DNA of 38,605 nucleotides from Neoconidiobolus thromboides FSU 785 (Eukaryota; Fungi; Entomophthoromycota): NCBI GenBank assembly GCA_025603075.1, contig MU626444.1, positions 1 to 38,605 of the forward strand, read 5' to 3'. Shown piece by piece: positions 34,567 to 38,605 of this stretch (position 1 is its first letter; each line of letters starts with the position of its first letter). The notes under the pieces were generated by a model. It saw only the letters and a program-made list of their open reading frames with translations, ran no database searches and was not told where the DNA came from. The position numbers and the translations under genes were made by a program.

Positions 34567-35401
34567 ATACGAAAATAACTACTTTTTTAGTTAATTTTTC
34601 ATTAAATAAATTGTCTTTTAGTCTTATTCAAGCATTCAATTTTTCAAAATTTATGTTGCATGAAAAATGAACAGAACGGAAACAAAAAAGGCATTCCAAT
34701 ATGGATTTTGTAAAGTTGGATTAAGGCCAGATTGCAAAATATTATTATTTTAAACCTTTAAATTTATTATACATAGAAATTGAGATATAAAAGTAAAAGC
34801 TCACTGTGAGAATGCGATTACATTACCTCTTTAAGATTAACTATTAAACATTGCTCCATTGTGTTCTTAGAATATTCTTAGTTTTCATAAAAAATGGCAA
34901 AGTCGGAATAATATTTGATATTTTTATGTTTTAAAAATCTATAACCATTTCTACTTCTAATATTTGAAATTTATTATGAATTAGTAATTAAAAACCAATA
35001 AATAGGAAATAAAACCTAAAATTATAGTAATTTATCTTGTTATTACCTAGTAAATTCTAAAATATTATTACAAAATTGTTTTTTTTAAATAGACACTTAA
35101 TTTGTTAGCAATTAACATATAAAAGAGTTGCTAATCCAATATGATTGTAAAAACTATTTTATTCTTATTCGTTTATTTATTTATTTAAAACACTTAAGTG
35201 GATTTTTAAGAATTTAAAAAAATAATATGTTATTCAAAAATGTTTTTTATTTTTTGATAATTTTTAATTCATTTAATAAAGGTCAAATTTTATTAATAAG
35301 AATATTCTCAAGGAAATACTGGGTAAATAAATGTGAAAGAATGATAAAGTAACATCTCAAAAATTTAAATCCAGATACTTTTTTAACCACTTTAATCATC
35401 G

Positions 35402-36376
35402 ATGTTAGTGATCGTCAGCAAAAGTTTATCCTACAGTTTAACCTTTGAAATCATTATATTTATATTATGTTCAGTATCACTAGTATTAAATCTGTTGGTA
35501 TTATACATCACCAAGCATAGATATCAAACAAACAAAGCGATCGATACTCAACTAATTATTTTAATTTCAATTTTCGATTTATTACTAGTCCTTTTTTACT
35601 TCGTCACTCAAATTATCAAATGGTGTTATGGTATAAACGAACTTGAATTTATATCCGGTCCATGGTGCATGTTCAATGCGATAGCTTTCAATGCTGTAGG
35701 TATCTTTGCTGTTACCTTAACAGCCCAATTAGCAGTTATTCGTTATTTAACTATTGTTAAGCGATATGCTATCGATAATTTCAAATCTACAATTGCGACT
35801 ATAGTACTGGCCTTACTTATCGTATTAGCTTTTAGTTTAAGTGCAGTGCAAGATAGCTATCGACTAATGCCATCAGGTATGTTTTGCATCACAGTATCTA
35901 CACCAGGAAATACGACCATTCATACTATCTATGCCGTTTTTGTATATTCTATTACTATACCTGCGGTGTTATCAATACCAATATTTTATGCACTCTTGAG
36001 TGTACATTATTACAAGTTGAGTCAATCTTTAAGATCTGATGACTACTATGATAAAGGGAGGTCCTTCTTTAAGTCCCATTATATTGTTTATCTATTATTG
36101 TTTACAGTAGCCTATCTGTTTTCTTTACTTCCAGAGTTTATGTTGTTGCTCATTGAAACAACTACAGGTTATGAACGTAGTTTTATTTTAGATTGTATCG
36201 TTTATTTCCTGTTCCTTTCAGAATGTACTATTAATCCATTATTTGTCATCACTTTGCATCCAGAAACTAGAGCTGATGTATTAGCTTTGCTAAAAGGTAC
36301 TTTAACCAAACCTAATCCTAAAGAAGTAGAGAACTTCCAATCATTACATAGTATCGAGTTAAATCAAAATAGATAG
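35402..36376 (+). CDS. Class A-like 7TM receptor, 324 aa, intronless (subfamily A)
   Basis: Ungapped paralog of 19178-20152 on the opposite strand. Confidence 0.9.
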   Translation: MLVIVSKSLSYSLTFEIIIFILCSVSLVLNLLVLYITKHRYQTNKAIDTQLIILISIFDLLLVLFYFVTQIIKWCYGINELEFISGPWCMFNAIAFNAVGIFAVTLTAQLAVIRYLTIVKRYAIDNFKSTIATIVLALLIVLAFSLSAVQDSYRLMPSGMFCITVSTPGNTTIHTIYAVFVYSITIPAVLSIPIFYALLSVHYYKLSQSLRSDDYYDKGRSFFKSHYIVYLLLFTVAYLFSLLPEFMLLLIETTTGYERSFILDCIVYFLFLSECTINPLFVITLHPETRADVLALLKGTLTKPNPKEVENFQSLHSIELNQNR

Positions 36377-37373
36377 GTTTTATACTCAATAAACTTTTCA
36401 TTGTTTACAACAGCTTTCATTTGACACATACTTGGGTCATGGTTAAAATTGTAACCACCATTTCTTTTTTGTTTGTTGTTACTATGTCTGTAGTTGATAT
36501 GAGGATTTTTGATTAGCCCTATCCATGCTTTTTATTATTGAAAACTTTGTTCTTGGACAAAGAATAGAATTTTATTAAATCACTATTATGTTTATTAAAC
36601 TAATTATATTAAACTAGTTATTATTATTTTATCAATAAAAAATTATTATTATGTTTTTTGATCATAAATAATAGAATAACGTATAAAATTAAAAGTCACG
36701 CAACTCTTCATTGAATAAGACTTAAACGAGATGCCTTAAACAAGTTAGAATCTAATTAGCTACTACTTTTATTGTTTTGTTTAATAGTGCTAAATTTTAT
36801 TTTAGATGATAATCAACTTTTGGACAGTAATAAAAAATGGTTTTTTACACGAATAAAACTTATGAAAATTTGTAAGCAAAAAAATTGAACAGTTGAATCA
36901 ATAGAGCGAAAAGTTACCTTTTTCACTAAGTATCAAAATTAAAAATAACCTTAATTTTATTTACAATAAAAACTCATTTTAAGTTTACAATTATTAGGCT
37001 AGGAAATTCGACTTTTTTGTTATAAAAGAGAACCCTCTTCATTACTTGAAATTATAAAAGCTCTTCTGGGTTTTAGATCCTATCCCTTAGCTCGCTTTTC
37101 TTTTTATCTCCCATACACTAATTTTATTACTCTTATAATCGTTCATTATTGATAAAATAAAAGTTGCTAATCTTTAGAATTTTGGAATATATTTTATTCT
37201 AAAGCTGCTGCTCATTTATGAAAAAAATTCGATGGTGTATTTTTATAAATAATGATTAATTCAATCAGAAGAATAGTAGCTCCCACTTTCAAATAGAAGA
37301 ATCAAAAGTACTATACATATAAGTATTTGGAATCGAAAAACTACAGTCTGTTGAAAAGTTGGAAACACTATTT

Positions 37374-37469
37374 GAAGATATATTTCTGTGTTTAAGAATT
37401 TTATTACAATTTTTCTGCTCAAATAATGTTTAGAAGGGAAAAAGTAATGAAAAGCCAAAAAAAATCTCT
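37374..37469 (+). mobile_element. MITE family 1, diverged full copy
   Basis: GAAGATATATTTCTG...AAAAAAAATCTCT; direct ATTT/ATTT flanks. Confidence 0.8.
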
Positions 37470-37886
37470 ATTTTCTAACTTTTATTCAACAGACTGCAAC
37501 CTTAAGTGCAAAAGTTGTTAGTGTTTTTTGAACAAATTTGTTTTGATTAAAACAACTTGTTTATGGGCCAATGAATTTTTACCATTGTAGCAATATACTC
37601 TTATTATATTTTAAAAATGTTAGGCTCATTTATAGAGGGCCATTTATTATTGAAATTTTTAGCAAAATTCTTAAAGGAGCTTGCGCTCCCAAGTGATTTA
37701 TCAACAAGGCTAAAAAACTTTAAAAAAGGGAGAAAGAGGCTATGAAGGCAGAGCTCCAGTTTCTGCTTTAGAAGCTACCAAAATTAATAATCTTTTTATT
37801 TTTTTTTGACATTTATTTAAACCTCAACTTCCAAATTCAACTAAGTGTTTTCATTTTGACTATTATTGTTACTTAAGCAAAAAGCT

Positions 37887-38605
37887 TCAACTTATTGGAA
37901 GTGGTGTGCGACCTATCAAATCATTACTCAAAGGATATTGAAAAGCTGAAACAGTTTGATGATGCCCATCCCCATTTCTTTCTTTCTTGAATAATTTAAC
38001 TAATTTTTTTCTAGAATCTGGAAGTAAAGTTAATACAAATAATGGATTGACTACCGCTCCACTATAAAATAAAAGGAAAGAAATACAATCTACTGTATAA
38101 GATCTTTGGTAGTAACTTGCTGCTTCAATAACCAAAATGATAAATTCTGGGAACATACAAATTAGATATAACATTGTAAAAAGGAATAAACAAGCAATAT
38201 GTTTTGATTTGTAAAATGCTACCCTTTGTCTAAGACTACCTGAACATTCCTTGAACCTTTGATTCAATTTGTAATAATGAATTGATATCAATCCATAAAA
38301 GATCGGGATACAAAGTGCTATAGGATATATTATAACAAATACAACGGTAGCATAAATTTTATGCTCTATAGAGTCATAATTTTCAGTACTGGATATACAT
38401 ATCAATCCTGACGGCATTAAACGCGATACTCCCATAGTTCCACTGATAGTAAAGACAAAGAATGCTAATAAAATAATTACTATTGATAAAAACTTGACCT
38501 TTATGTTGCTGATAGTAAATGACTTAACAATTGTTAAATAACGAACTATGGATAATTGAGCAGATAAAGCAATGGCTACAATAACAGTACTACTATTAAG
38601 TATTG
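37887..38605 (-). CDS. Class A-like 7TM receptor (subfamily B), 5' end beyond the window
   Basis: Frame is open from the window edge (ILNSSTVIVAIALSAQLSIVRYLTIVK...) through PSGLIC, FPEF and VNPLFV to the stop at 37887. Confidence 0.88.
   Translation of the reverse strand, partial: ILNSSTVIVAIALSAQLSIVRYLTIVKSFTISNIKVKFLSIVIILLAFFVFTISGTMGVSRLMPSGLICISSTENYDSIEHKIYATVVFVIIYPIALCIPIFYGLISIHYYKLNQRFKECSGSLRQRVAFYKSKHIACLFLFTMLYLICMFPEFIILVIEAASYYQRSYTVDCISFLLFYSGAVVNPLFVLTLLPDSRKKLVKLFKKERNGDGHHQTVSAFQYPLSNDLIGRTPLPIS

Noticed and set aside
33425-37458. Track ORFs 33425-33619, 34113-34298 and 37261-37458
   Set aside because: They start in or run through MITE-1 copies; chance frames (33425 also overlaps the GPCR pseudogene).
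253-37469. The recurring ~97-bp unit as a CRISPR array, REP element or tRNA-derived SINE
   Set aside because: Copies are dispersed, in both orientations, have TIRs and 4-bp duplications, and lack spacers, A/B boxes or poly(A) tails; the context is eukaryotic.
8696-38605. 7TM proteins as opsins (ECL2 MPSG..C recalls opsin Y.PEG..C)
   Set aside because: The retinal-binding Lys six residues before the TM7 Asn is Phe/Leu-type (e.g. LFSETVINP) in all copies.

Overview
Very AT-rich eukaryotic genomic DNA with one 100-N gap (4134-4233). Tiny GT-AG introns (35-72 nt), nuclear-encoded mitochondrial genes and expanded class-A-like GPCRs suggest an early-diverging fungus, possibly Entomophthoromycotina/Conidiobolus-like (inference, not verified). 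Housekeeping-type genes: tRNA-Arg(ACG), a C2-domain protein, OXA1, an MFS-like transporter, GCV3 and a carnitine/acylcarnitine carrier. Accessory content: eight loci of an intronless rhodopsin-like 7TM family (5 complete, 1 cut by the window edge, 2 pseudogenes) with non-canonical DRY/NPxxY motifs; a secreted tandem Kunitz protein with an extra Cys pair per domain; and a spliced ~770-aa protein with six tandem winged-HTH-like repeats. Mobile DNA: 14 full-length copies of a ~97-bp MITE (GGGG..CCCC ends, 4-bp AWWT-like target duplication, Sola-like), a ~400-bp spacerless palindrome, one solo and two nested/partial LTRs, two other TIR elements and a LINE RT relic. All coordinates, splice models and identities were read by eye.
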